Positions 51,444 through 60,826 of a DNA stretch of 62,346 nucleotides are shown here, one piece after another. Every line of letters starts with the position of its first letter. Position 1 is the stretch's first letter. The stretch covers positions 1 through 62,346 of the forward strand of contig CAVJNL010000001.1 in NCBI GenBank assembly GCA_963650985.1. Direction: 5' to 3'. Both the position numbers and the translations under genes were made by a program. Under the pieces are notes generated by a model. It worked only from the letters and a program-made list of their open reading frames with translations, had not been told where the DNA came from and ran no database searches. This DNA is from Clostridium sp. CAG:413. Its GTDB lineage: Bacteria; Bacillota; Clostridia; Oscillospirales; Oscillospiraceae.

Positions 51444-53420
51444 TTATTCCTCAGTCTCAGCTTCCACAGCCTCGTCGGCCTCGTCAGCTTCATCCTCGTG
51501 ATTCTCCAGCAGAGCGCGGATGGACAGGGAGATCTTCTGCTTCTCCTCGTCAATGGCGGTGATCTTGGCGTCCACCATCTGGCCCTCGGACAGAACATCA
51601 CCGGGCTTCTCAATGCGGCGGTCAGCGATCTGGGAAATGTGGATCAGACCATCCACGCCGGGAACCACCTCAGCGAAAGCGCCGAAGGTCATCAGCTTCA
51701 CGATGCGCACATTGGCCACATCGCCCACATGATAAGTCTCCATGAACTTATCCCAGGGGTTGCAGGAACGATCCTTCACGCCCAGGGAGATCTTGTGCTT
51801 CTCGGGATCGAAGGAAATGACATACACATCCAGGGTGTCGCCCACAGAAACCACCTCAGCGGGGTTCTTAATGCGGGACCAGGACAGCTCGGAGATATGT
51901 ACCATACCATCCACGCCGCCGATGTCCACGAACACGCCGTAGCTGGTCATGGATTTCACGGTGCCGGTGTAGTGCTTACCCACCTCGATGCTCTCCCAAA
52001 TAGCAGCCTGGGCAGCCTGACGGGCCTCGAACTGCACGGCACGGATGGAACCCACCACGCGGCGGCGGGCACGGTTGACCTCGGTAATGCGCAGGGAAAC
52101 GGTCTGGCCGATCATCTCGCTGAGATCGGCGCCCCGGGGCTGGCCGCTCTGGGAAGCGGGCACGAACACGCGCACACCCTTGACATTGACGACGATGCCG
52201 CCCTTGTTCTCTTCGGTGACCTTGCCCTCCAGGGTGGTCTTGTTCTCCCGGGCGACCTCGATGTCCTCCCAAACCTTCACAGCGTCCAGACGCTTCTTCG
52301 AGAGCATGGCGTAGCCCTCCACATCGTTCACGCGGATGATGTAGGTCTCGATCTCGTCGCCGACCTTCACCACATCCTCGGGCTTCACATTGGGATCAGC
52401 GCTCAGCTCATCCACGGCAATATAGCCCGCCTGCTTGCAGCCAAGATCCACCTGGACTTCGGTGGGGCCCACAGCCGTCACGACACCGGTTACCTTCTCT
52501 CCTGTATTTAAAGTCTTAAAAGATTTTTCCAGCATTTCCTCGAAGCTCTCTTCGGTAGCTTCCATGTTCTTGATTTCTTCGCTCATCGTTGTATATACCT
52601 CCTTAATGATGCCCGCTGGCGTAGATGCGCCGGCCGTTAGACCTGCCACAAGACATCCCTCAAAAAGGTCTGACGAGAGCTCACCGGCCCGTTCGATCTG
52701 AACGACCCGTCCACATTTCTCCCTGCAAATCTCTGCTAAATGCTTGGTATTGGCACTTTTACGGTCTCCAACAACGACCATGACATCCACCGAAGCCGCC
52801 AATTCAGCCGCCTCAGACTGACGCCTATGCGTAGCATTACATATTGTATCAAATATTTTTACATTTGTACACTCTTTTTTTAAAATTTCTTTGGAACCTT
52901 CCCAAATTGCCTGTACGCAGGTGGTTTGGGCCGCCGCCGTTAGTGGAATTTCCCGTCTGGATGGTTCCTCTTTCAGCCAATTTTCCAGTTCCTGGGGTCC
53001 AGGCAATATCACCGACCGCTCCGACCAGCTGGCCGCGCCCAGCACCTCCGGGTGGTGCATCTCCCCGATGATAAGGGGTGTCCGCCCCTCCTCCTGGGCC
53101 TGGGCCACCAGCTGCTGGATGCGCAGTACATTGGGGCAGGTGGCGTCGACGCATTCCGCGCCCATCTCTGCCAGCCGCTCAAAAACCTCTTTCCTCTCCC
53201 CGTGGGAGCGGATGACCACCGTCTCCCCGGGCCGCACCTGGTCTAAGGACTCCGCCTTGCGCATCCCCACGGCCTCCAGCTCCGAGACCACATTGGCGTT
53301 GTGGATAATGTTCCCCAGCATCACGCTGCGCTCACATTTCTGTGCCGTCTCACGGGCCATGTCCACAGCCCGCTTCACGCCGTAGCAAAACCCGGCGCTC
53401 CTCGCCACCTTTACCTGCAT
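51444..53420 (-). CDS. ispH-rpsA: Bifunctional HMBPP reductase IspH / 30S ribosomal protein S1 fusion
   Basis: GFCYGV, IRSHG, DATCP, HPEV, DTICNAT, SANT, AGASTP, then four S1 repeats in one uninterrupted frame. Confidence 0.95.
   Translation of the reverse strand: MQVKVARSAGFCYGVKRAVDMARETAQKCERSVMLGNIIHNANVVSELEAVGMRKAESLDQVRPGETVVIRSHGERKEVFERLAEMGAECVDATCPNVLRIQQLVAQAQEEGRTPLIIGEMHHPEVLGAASWSERSVILPGPQELENWLKEEPSRREIPLTAAAQTTCVQAIWEGSKEILKKECTNVKIFDTICNATHRRQSEAAELAASVDVMVVVGDRKSANTKHLAEICREKCGRVVQIERAGELSSDLFEGCLVAGLTAGASTPAGIIKEVYTTMSEEIKNMEATEESFEEMLEKSFKTLNTGEKVTGVVTAVGPTEVQVDLGCKQAGYIAVDELSADPNVKPEDVVKVGDEIETYIIRVNDVEGYAMLSKKRLDAVKVWEDIEVARENKTTLEGKVTEENKGGIVVNVKGVRVFVPASQSGQPRGADLSEMIGQTVSLRITEVNRARRRVVGSIRAVQFEARQAAQAAIWESIEVGKHYTGTVKSMTSYGVFVDIGGVDGMVHISELSWSRIKNPAEVVSVGDTLDVYVISFDPEKHKISLGVKDRSCNPWDKFMETYHVGDVANVRIVKLMTFGAFAEVVPGVDGLIHISQIADRRIEKPGDVLSEGQMVDAKITAIDEEKQKISLSIRALLENHEDEADEADEAVEAETEE
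52843..52871 (-). promoter_or_regulatory. Putative internal SigA promoter inside ispH, driving the S1 moiety
   Basis: TGTACA-17-TACAAT with TG extension and an upstream A/T tract; internal SD TAAGGAGGT (52597-52605) before the in-frame ATG at 52586. Confidence 0.55.
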
Positions 53421-54016
53421 GACGCACCTCCCAGCTCATAGGCCCGGCGCATCACCTCGTCCGCGTTGGCCTGGTACTCCTCCGCCGTGCCCTTGCGCCC
53501 GGTGTACTCCGGGTCAAATGGCTTGCCGAAAATAATAGGTGCCTTGGCAAACAGCCGCTTCTTCACCCCGATATAAACCGGCAGCAGCTTTGCCCCTGAA
53601 CGAATGGCGATCATGGCAATGCCCCCCTTGGGCCGAATATTATTTTTCTTCCCCCGCACCCGGGTCCCCTCGGGAAACACCAGCAGCATAGACCCGTCTT
53701 TCAGGGCCTGGATGGAGTTTTTCACCGCGCCGATATCCGAGTGTCCCCGGTCCACCGGGAACACCCCCATTTTCCTCAGAAAAGTCCGCAGAAGGGGGAT
53801 TTTGAAAAGCTGATTTTTCCCCATGATCCGCAGATCTGCCTCCCGTCCCAGGGCGCAAATGAGCAAAATGGGGTCCCAGTTGCTGCTGTGGTTAGGGCAC
53901 AGCACCACCGGCTCGTCCTTGGGAATGTTCTCCAGCCCCTCCACCCGAATGGGGTGCAGGAAGGTGGCTAACGGCGCTAAAATGTCGTATGTCCTGGCGT
54001 AATATCGGCTGCTCAT
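53411..54016 (-). CDS. plsC: 1-acyl-sn-glycerol-3-phosphate acyltransferase
   Basis: NHSSNWD (HX4D) and FPEGTR motifs. Confidence 0.92.
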   Translation of the reverse strand: MSSRYYARTYDILAPLATFLHPIRVEGLENIPKDEPVVLCPNHSSNWDPILLICALGREADLRIMGKNQLFKIPLLRTFLRKMGVFPVDRGHSDIGAVKNSIQALKDGSMLLVFPEGTRVRGKKNNIRPKGGIAMIAIRSGAKLLPVYIGVKKRLFAKAPIIFGKPFDPEYTGRKGTAEEYQANADEVMRRAYELGGASCR

Positions 54017-54699
54017 AGCTGCGTCCGCCTCCTGATGACCTGCAAGATAGCCTCCTTGCTTTGGTCAAAATCCATATTCGTGGTGTCCACGATCACCGCG
54101 TCCTCCGCCGGGCGCAGGGGTGCCGCCGCCCGGTGGCTGTCCGCCCAGTCCCGCTGCTCCATTTCCTCCAAAACCTGCTCATAGGGCTTGGGCGTTCCCC
54201 GCTGCTCCAGCTCCAGGGTCCGCCGCTTGGCCCGGACCTGCACATCGGCGCACAGGAAAATTTTCACCTGCGCCTCCGGCAGCACCACCGTGCCGATGTC
54301 CCGGCCATCCATAATAACGCTGCTGCGCCGGGCAATGTCCCGCTGCATCTCCAGCAGAAAGGCCCGCACCGCCGGGATAGCCGACACCGCCGAGGCGTAC
54401 ATAGAAATTTCCGGCAGCCGAATTTGTTCCGTCACATCCTCCCCGCCCAGGTACATCCGCTGCAGGCCGTCCTCACCGTAGCGCATGTCCACCTGCACCT
54501 GCGGCAGCACCGCCGCCACGGCCTCCCCGTCCTTGGGGTCGATACCCTGGGTAAAAATATAGTACCCAATGGTGCGGTAAATGGCGCCGGTATCCACATA
54601 CACGATACCCAGCTCGTTCGCCACCGCCTTGCTCAGCGTGCTTTTCCCCGCGCCCGAGGGGCCGTCCACGGCCACGGAATAAATGCTGCTCATGCTCAT
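54013..54699 (-). CDS. cmk: Cytidylate kinase
   Basis: DGPSGAGKST, DTGAIYR, DGRDIGTVV. Confidence 0.96.
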   Translation of the reverse strand: MSMSSIYSVAVDGPSGAGKSTLSKAVANELGIVYVDTGAIYRTIGYYIFTQGIDPKDGEAVAAVLPQVQVDMRYGEDGLQRMYLGGEDVTEQIRLPEISMYASAVSAIPAVRAFLLEMQRDIARRSSVIMDGRDIGTVVLPEAQVKIFLCADVQVRAKRRTLELEQRGTPKPYEQVLEEMEQRDWADSHRAAAPLRPAEDAVIVDTTNMDFDQSKEAILQVIRRRTQL

Positions 54700-55940
54700 C
54701 TCTCTCCTTCTTCCCTTGCGGCGTTTACACCCGCCACCCGGCCTGTGGACCAGGCGATCTGCAAATTAAACCCGCCCGTATAGGCGTCCACATCCAAAAT
54801 TTCACCGGCAAAATACAGCCCCGCCACCAGCTTCGACTCCATGGTCCCGGGGTTCACCTCGCCCACCTTCACCCCGCCGGAGGTGACGATGGCCTCCGCC
54901 ACGGGCCTGGGGCCCGAAACGGGCAGGGTAAAGTGCTTCAGTTCGTGCAAAAGCGCCCACCGCTGCTCTTTTTTCAGGGAGTTTGCTTTCAGCGCCGGAT
55001 CGATCCCCAGCCGCGCACACATCACCGGCACCATGCTGCCGGGCAGCAGGGACAGGAGCACATTTTCCATGTTGCGGTTGCTCTGCTCCCGCAGCTCCCG
55101 CAAAAGCCGCTCCTCCAGCTTTTCCTCCGAAAGGGCGGGCTTTAAGTCGATAGACAGCGAATAAGTATGCTTGTCCCAGTCCCGTAAATGGGCGCTGGCT
55201 GACAGCACCAGCGGCCCCGAAATGCCGAAATGGGTAAACAGCATCTCGCCGAACTCGCTGAAAACCGCCTTTTTCTTCTCATTCACCGCCGTGAGCTGCA
55301 CATTTTTAAGGGCCAGTCCCTGCATTTTTCCGCAGCAGCTGTCCCCGCTCACCAGCGGCACCAGAGACCCGTGGGGCGCAATAATGGTGTGCCCCAGTTC
55401 CCGGGCCATGCGGTAGCCGTCCCCGGTAGAGCCTGTCCCCGGATAGGACACACCCCCCGTAGCCAAAACCGCCGCCCGACAAGGATATTTGCCCTTCTCA
55501 CCCGCCACGGCATACACCGCGCCGTCCTCCACGGCGACAGACACCGCCCGGTCATGCACCCAGCGCACGCCCAGCTTCTCCATCCGCCGTTTCAGCGCCC
55601 CGGACACATCAAAAGCGCAGTCCGACACAGGAAACACCCGGTTTCCCCGCTCCGTTTTCAGCGGCACGCCCAGCCCCTCAAAAAAGGCCATGGCCTCCCC
55701 GCTTCCGAAGTGGGAAAACGCGCTGTATAAAAACCGTCCGTTCCGGGGAATGTGGGCCATCAGCTCATCCATGGAGCAGTTGTTGGTCACATTGCACCGG
55801 CCCTTTCCGGTGATATTCAGTTTCTTTCCAAGCCGCTCGTTGGGCTCCAGCAGGCAGACCTTGGCCCCCTGCTCCGCCGCAGCGATGGCCGCCATCATCC
55901 CGGCCGCCCCGCCGCCTATGGCCACAATATCCTTACTCAT
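54696..55940 (-). CDS. HI0933/YhiN family flavoprotein
   Basis: IGGGAAG, TGKGRCNVTN, GRV/NRVFP, TGSTGDG, TGGFNLQ. Confidence 0.92.
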   Translation of the reverse strand: MSKDIVAIGGGAAGMMAAIAAAEQGAKVCLLEPNERLGKKLNITGKGRCNVTNNCSMDELMAHIPRNGRFLYSAFSHFGSGEAMAFFEGLGVPLKTERGNRVFPVSDCAFDVSGALKRRMEKLGVRWVHDRAVSVAVEDGAVYAVAGEKGKYPCRAAVLATGGVSYPGTGSTGDGYRMARELGHTIIAPHGSLVPLVSGDSCCGKMQGLALKNVQLTAVNEKKKAVFSEFGEMLFTHFGISGPLVLSASAHLRDWDKHTYSLSIDLKPALSEEKLEERLLRELREQSNRNMENVLLSLLPGSMVPVMCARLGIDPALKANSLKKEQRWALLHELKHFTLPVSGPRPVAEAIVTSGGVKVGEVNPGTMESKLVAGLYFAGEILDVDAYTGGFNLQIAWSTGRVAGVNAAREEGER

Positions 55941-56796
55941 CTTCATCGTAACCAAAGATCTCATACCGGGACCACACCCGCTCCAGCTCCTGGAAGTTCT
56001 CGGCGGTCTCTGCGCTCTTTTGCTTGCCCACCGCCACGATCAGCGCATTCAGCAGGCTCACCGGCGCCGCCATGGAGTCCACAAAGGAGATCATCTCGCT
56101 GTGGACCAGCAGCGAAGCGGCGGAAAGGGTGTAAAGGGGAGACATTTTACTGTCCGTGACAGCTATGACTTCCGCGCCCCTGTCCCTTGCAAAACGGACA
56201 GCGCTCATGGTCATTTTGGAGTAGCGCGGGAAGCTGATAGCCAGCAGCACATCCCCGGGCCCAATGCGCAGCATTTGGTCAAAAATTTCCCCCGCCGCGC
56301 TCTGTACCAGGGTCACATTTTCAAAGATCAAATGAAAATAGAAATGCAGATACCCCGCCAAAAAAGACGACGACCGCACACCCAAAATATAAATGCGTTT
56401 AGCACGCACCAGCTTCTGCACCACCCGGTCAAACTTCTCCCGGTCGATGCCGTCAATGGTGCTGCGCAGGGTGTCCATGTCCTGCTGCATGACGCTCCCG
56501 GCGATGTCCCCGCCGTTGATCTGGTCGCCGGAGGCCTCAATGCGCTGGATGCTGGTGAGCTTCCCGCGTATCAGCTCCTGCAATGCCTTCTGCATGGCGG
56601 GGTAGCCGTCGTAGCCCAACTGGGAGGCAAAGCGCACCACCGTAGACTCGCTGACCTGGGCGATCTGCCCCAGCCGACAGGCCGTCATGGCCGCTGCCTT
56701 GTCGTAGTCGGAGAGTATGTAGTTTGCGATCCGCTTCTGTCCCTTGGAGAATCCGTCCATACCCGTGCGGATCCTGTGCAGCACATTGTTGCTCAT
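55933..56796 (-). CDS. RpiR/MurR family transcriptional regulator
   Basis: VSESTVVRFA HTH plus SIS domain (ISFPRYS, VTDS). Confidence 0.93.
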   Translation of the reverse strand: MSNNVLHRIRTGMDGFSKGQKRIANYILSDYDKAAAMTACRLGQIAQVSESTVVRFASQLGYDGYPAMQKALQELIRGKLTSIQRIEASGDQINGGDIAGSVMQQDMDTLRSTIDGIDREKFDRVVQKLVRAKRIYILGVRSSSFLAGYLHFYFHLIFENVTLVQSAAGEIFDQMLRIGPGDVLLAISFPRYSKMTMSAVRFARDRGAEVIAVTDSKMSPLYTLSAASLLVHSEMISFVDSMAAPVSLLNALIVAVGKQKSAETAENFQELERVWSRYEIFGYDEDE

Positions 56797-57509
56797 TTCT
56801 CTTCTCTCTCCTTCAACCTCGTTATCTCTTCCTCTGTCAAGGCTCTCCACTTGCCACACGGCAAGTTTCCTAAATAAATTCCGTGTTCGGCGATGCGCTC
56901 CAGCCGCGTAACCGCGAGGTCCGCCTGCTTACACATCCGCCGTATCTGTCGGTTTTTTCCCTGGTGGATGGTCATGCGCAGCACGGCGCTCTCCCCCATC
57001 TCCCGATCCACTTCCACCTGCGCCGGGGCGATGGGTTCCCCTTCCAGCGTGTCCATTTCCCGCAGGAGCGGCACGCCCCGCCGCCAGTTGCCCTGCACCG
57101 TCACCCGGTACAGCTTATCGACCTCATATTTTGGGTGAATGAGCCGCTGCATCATCTCCCCGTCGTTGGTAAACAGCAGCAGCCCCTCGGAATCCTTGTC
57201 CAGCCGCCCCACGGGAAACACCCGCGTCCCGCAGTCCGCCACCAGGTCGGCGGCGGTCTTGCGGCCAAACTCGTCGCGGAGCGTCGTCACATACCCCCGG
57301 GGCTTATGGAGCATTAAATAGATCATCTCCCCGCCCAGGGTCAGGGGCTTTCCGTCCACCTCGATGCGGTCTGTCTCCGGGTCCGCCTGATCGCCGGGCC
57401 GAGCAGGCAGACCATTCACCGTCACGCGCCCGTCCAGCATCCACTGTTCTGCCGTGCGCCGGGAGCAAAGCCCCGCCTGGGCCATTAACTTTTGCACCCG
57501 CTGGCGCAC
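56793..57509 (-). CDS. rluB: rRNA pseudouridine synthase (RluB/RsuA family)
   Basis: S4 domain (GLCSRR), VGRLDKDSEGLL, QGKNRQIRRM; GTG start chosen. Confidence 0.88.
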   Translation of the reverse strand: MRQRVQKLMAQAGLCSRRTAEQWMLDGRVTVNGLPARPGDQADPETDRIEVDGKPLTLGGEMIYLMLHKPRGYVTTLRDEFGRKTAADLVADCGTRVFPVGRLDKDSEGLLLFTNDGEMMQRLIHPKYEVDKLYRVTVQGNWRRGVPLLREMDTLEGEPIAPAQVEVDREMGESAVLRMTIHQGKNRQIRRMCKQADLAVTRLERIAEHGIYLGNLPCGKWRALTEEEITRLKEREEK

Positions 57510-57523
57510 CGCGTCACCCGCTT

Positions 57524-58345
57524 TCAAATCAAAAATCGTTCTTTTCTCCCGGTCACTGCCGCCGTCTCCGCCGCACCGTCCCGGGAAAAGCCAAATTCAT
57601 ACAGCGCCTTGTGGTCGGCCCAGTCGTTGCCGTCCTGCAAGGTCACCGCCACCAGCGTCCGCCCGTCCCGCCCCACGCAGGACACCAGCGTCCGCCCGGC
57701 GGCCTTGGTGTAGCCGGTCTTCATGCCCACGCAGCCCTCCACCTCCCGGAGGAGCCGGTTGTGGTTGGTCAGGGTCCGGCCACCCACATGGGCCGTCACC
57801 GTGGAGCAAATACGCATAAAGGTGGGCTGCTTCGCGGCGTAGGCCGCCAGCTTCGCCATGTCCCGGGCCGTGGAGTAATGCGCCTCCCCGTCCAGGCCGT
57901 TGGGGTTTTCAAAGTGGCTGTCCGCCATGCCGATGCGCCGGGCCAGGTCGTTCATCTTCCCCACGCACCGCTCTGCCCCGCCGCACCCTTCCGCCAAAGC
58001 CAAAGCCGCGTCGTTGCCGGAGGCAAGCAGCAGGCCGTAGAGCAAGCACTCCACCGTCACCCGCTCCCCGGGCTTTAGGTACATGGACGAGCCCTCTACC
58101 ATGTGCTTCTGCGTCACCGTGACCACGCTCTGCATTTCGCAGTTTTCCAGCACCACCAGCGCCGTGAGGATTTTAGTGGTGCTGGCAACCAGCATCCGCC
58201 GGTCGGCATTTTTCTCATACAAAATGCGTCCCGTGTCCGCGTCCATCAAAACCGCCGCCGTGGCGGAAATATCCATGGCCCAGGCCCGCTGCGCAAGCAA
58301 AAATACCAGCGCCAGCGCAGCCACCGCCACGCGCCTACCTTTCAT
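57524..58345 (-). CDS. dacB: D-alanyl-D-alanine carboxypeptidase (S11, DacB-like), catalytic domain only
   Basis: Signal peptide, STTK, SGN, KTG motifs; position between ytfJ and rluB. Confidence 0.8.
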   Translation of the reverse strand: MKGRRVAVAALALVFLLAQRAWAMDISATAAVLMDADTGRILYEKNADRRMLVASTTKILTALVVLENCEMQSVVTVTQKHMVEGSSMYLKPGERVTVECLLYGLLLASGNDAALALAEGCGGAERCVGKMNDLARRIGMADSHFENPNGLDGEAHYSTARDMAKLAAYAAKQPTFMRICSTVTAHVGGRTLTNHNRLLREVEGCVGMKTGYTKAAGRTLVSCVGRDGRTLVAVTLQDGNDWADHKALYEFGFSRDGAAETAAVTGRKERFLI

Positions 58346-58388
58346 GCACCCTCCCCCATTTCATCGTGGATGGTGCCAGTATACGCAG

Positions 58389-58781
58389 TTAAAATTCGGT
58401 AGTTTCCTTCTTTTTGTCAATGAAGCTCTCCACCCGGTCCATGACCTGGGGGATCATCTCAATGACCCGGTCCACCGTGCCCATAGCGGGGATCGCCACC
58501 GGCATCACCCGTGTCACACCGTCCTTCACCACCAGGAACGCCACCGGGTCCACCTTCACGCCCGCCGCCGTACCGCCGGCAAAATTCTTTCCATCGGCTG
58601 CCTTGCCGAAGTCGCTGCCGCCGCAGCTAAAGCCGAAGCTCAGCCGGGAAACGGGCACCAAAGTCACCCCGTCCGGCGTGGTGATGGGCTGGCCGATGAC
58701 CGTGTCACTGCTGACCATCTCCCGCACCTTGCTCATGGAGGTCTCCATCATTTCGCTGAGATTGGTTTTCTTGTTTTCCAT
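58389..58781 (-). CDS. ytfJ: Sporulation protein YtfJ/GerW
   Basis: TVIGQPI..PVSRLSFGF..GG..PVAFLVV motif. Confidence 0.92.
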   Translation of the reverse strand: MENKKTNLSEMMETSMSKVREMVSSDTVIGQPITTPDGVTLVPVSRLSFGFSCGGSDFGKAADGKNFAGGTAAGVKVDPVAFLVVKDGVTRVMPVAIPAMGTVDRVIEMIPQVMDRVESFIDKKKETTEF

Positions 58782-59427
58782 TTTCTTCATCCTTTCTTGG
58801 CAGGCTTCGTTCGTCCTTCGCCGCGTCCTGCGGCTGTTTTCTCAACTGTAAAAACCATTTTATAAGCGGCACGCCGCAGGCAAATCCGATGACCGTCAGG
58901 TCCCATATCCGGGCCGTAATGCCCACTTCGCCCCGCACCTTTGTCTCGCCGCCCTGGAGATCAGGCTCCAGGTGGATGTGCGGGTCCGGCATCTGCACCA
59001 GCTCCGTGAGCACCGGCATCACCGTCCACATAGCGGCATTGAGCTTTCCATATAATATGGCCGTGTCCGCCGGGTCCTCCCCGCCGATGACTGCCGAAAG
59101 CTCCATGGGCGATATGCGAATGCGCCGAAATGTCATCCGCAGCCCTTTTTTCAGGATAGCCCACAGCTCCGGCAGGCTTTTCAGCACCGCCTTGGCCGTG
59201 ATCTTCGGCATCTCCTTTTGGGGCTTCTCCTCTTTTTTCTTCTTAGGAGGCTTCTCTTTTTTGGCTTTTTTGGGCTTTTCCTTCCTGGGGATCACCTGCA
59301 CCCGCACAGGTCCCAGCCGAATAACCACTCTCGTCTCCTCCCCGAAGGCCATCTCCGCGCCGACCCGGCTCAGAAAAATGACCAGCAGTAAAAGGAGCAC
59401 CGCCCCCACGATCCACAGCGCCGTCAA
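58705..59427 (-). CDS. DUF2953 (YtfI-like) membrane protein
   Basis: N-terminal TM, Lys-rich linker, DPADTAILYG; between scpB and ytfJ. Confidence 0.85.
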   Translation of the reverse strand: MTALWIVGAVLLLLLVIFLSRVGAEMAFGEETRVVIRLGPVRVQVIPRKEKPKKAKKEKPPKKKKEEKPQKEMPKITAKAVLKSLPELWAILKKGLRMTFRRIRISPMELSAVIGGEDPADTAILYGKLNAAMWTVMPVLTELVQMPDPHIHLEPDLQGGETKVRGEVGITARIWDLTVIGFACGVPLIKWFLQLRKQPQDAAKDERSLPRKDEENGKQENQSQRNDGDLHEQGAGDGQQ

Positions 59428-59444
59428 TGGCCTCGCCCCCTCTC

Positions 59445-60026
59445 TCAGGTGTTGGTCTCGTCGCTAATGGTCCCGTCGTTCTCCAGCCGAAGCTGCCCGT
59501 CGTTCTCGAGACCCGGCATCTCCGGCAGGTCCTCCAGGGAGCTCAAATGGAACGCCCGCAAAAATTCCTTGGTGGTGCGATACAGCCTTGGCCGCCCCGG
59601 CACCTGCAAGGTGCCGCACTCCTCGATCATGTGCCGCTCCAGCAGCAGCCCCACGGTGTAGGAGCTGTCCACCCCGCGAATTTGGTCGATGTAGGCCCGG
59701 GTGGTGGGCTGATAATAGGCCACAATGGTCAGCACCTCCAGCGCCGGCTGGGAGAGCTTAGCCGGCTTGCGAATCTCAAACGCCCGGCGGATGTAGTCGG
59801 CATATTCCGGCGCGGAGCAGAGCTGCCAGGTGTCCGCCATGCGGATAAGACGGATACCCCTGCGCTCAAAGCTATAATAGTCCGTCAGCTTTTGCAGCAC
59901 CAGCTCCGCCGTAGCCCGGTCAAGGTCCAAGGCCAAACAAACTCGGTCAATATGCACCGGCTCGCCGGAGGCAAACAGAATGCCCTCCAGCGCCGCCTCT
60001 ATCTCTTTCATTTCCAGTATTTCCAT
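59445..60026 (-). CDS. scpB: SMC-Scp complex subunit ScpB
   Basis: EGILFASGEP, LSQPALEVL..AYYQP, IRGV, PGRP..YRTT. Confidence 0.96.
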   Translation of the reverse strand: MEILEMKEIEAALEGILFASGEPVHIDRVCLALDLDRATAELVLQKLTDYYSFERRGIRLIRMADTWQLCSAPEYADYIRRAFEIRKPAKLSQPALEVLTIVAYYQPTTRAYIDQIRGVDSSYTVGLLLERHMIEECGTLQVPGRPRLYRTTKEFLRAFHLSSLEDLPEMPGLENDGQLRLENDGTISDETNT

Positions 60027-60038
60027 GATTCTTCTCCC

Positions 60039-60812
60039 TTACACCTCGCTGTCCTTCTCGCAGGACACCATGCAGTCCTCCGGCCCACCGGCCAGGCGCA
60101 GCACATGCTTTCTGCACAGCTCCAGCACCGCCATAAAGGTTGCCACAAGCTCGCTGCGGCTGCGGCTGCCCTTGAACAGCAGCAAAAACCGTGTAATGCC
60201 CACCAGCTTTACACGCCGCACAATCTCTTCGGATTTCTCCTCCACCGAGTATGGCTCCCGCTTCACGATGTCCTCAAACACTGTCAGCTGCGGGTGCTGG
60301 GCCATGTCCCTGCGGTCCATCATTTCCTGCATGGCGATGGCCAGCTCACCCGGCTCATGGTCATACTCAAACACCTTCCCCCGCTTCACAGGCTCAGGAT
60401 TTTTGGTGAAAATATTCCGCCCAAACTCGCTCATAGGCCCCAGCTTTTCCGTGAGCTTGCGTATCTTCTGATAGCACTCGCCCCGCTGCCGCTCCTGGAG
60501 CGACTGAATGAGAGCGTCCATCTCGCTCTGGGCCTCCTCGTCCTCAATGGAGAGGAGCATCCGCGTTTTAATATACATTAGGTGCGCCGCCATAGTCACG
60601 AATTCGCTGGCCACCTCTAGATCCATCTGCTGCCGCTTTTCCAGATACGTCAAATACTGATCCAAGATCAGCGCAATGGGGATGTCCTGGATCTCAATTT
60701 TATTTTTACTCAGCAAAAACAAGATCAGATCCAGCGGTCCCTCGAAATCCTCCAGAGGCTCGGCGGCCTTGCTCTGCACTACTTTTTCCAATTTGAAAAT
60801 CGGATTATCCAA
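60039..60812 (-). CDS. scpA: Segregation and condensation protein A
   Basis: FEGPLDL, EFVTMAA, TFMAVLEL; TTG start chosen. Confidence 0.94.
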   Translation of the reverse strand: MDNPIFKLEKVVQSKAAEPLEDFEGPLDLILFLLSKNKIEIQDIPIALILDQYLTYLEKRQQMDLEVASEFVTMAAHLMYIKTRMLLSIEDEEAQSEMDALIQSLQERQRGECYQKIRKLTEKLGPMSEFGRNIFTKNPEPVKRGKVFEYDHEPGELAIAMQEMMDRRDMAQHPQLTVFEDIVKREPYSVEEKSEEIVRRVKLVGITRFLLLFKGSRSRSELVATFMAVLELCRKHVLRLAGGPEDCMVSCEKDSEV

Positions 60813-60826
60813 AACCTTTTTCTCCC

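Noticed and set aside
49943..51613. 556-aa ORF suggesting an extended desulfurase
   Set aside because: Homology starts at MIYLD (51079); the extension crosses a terminator and another gene.
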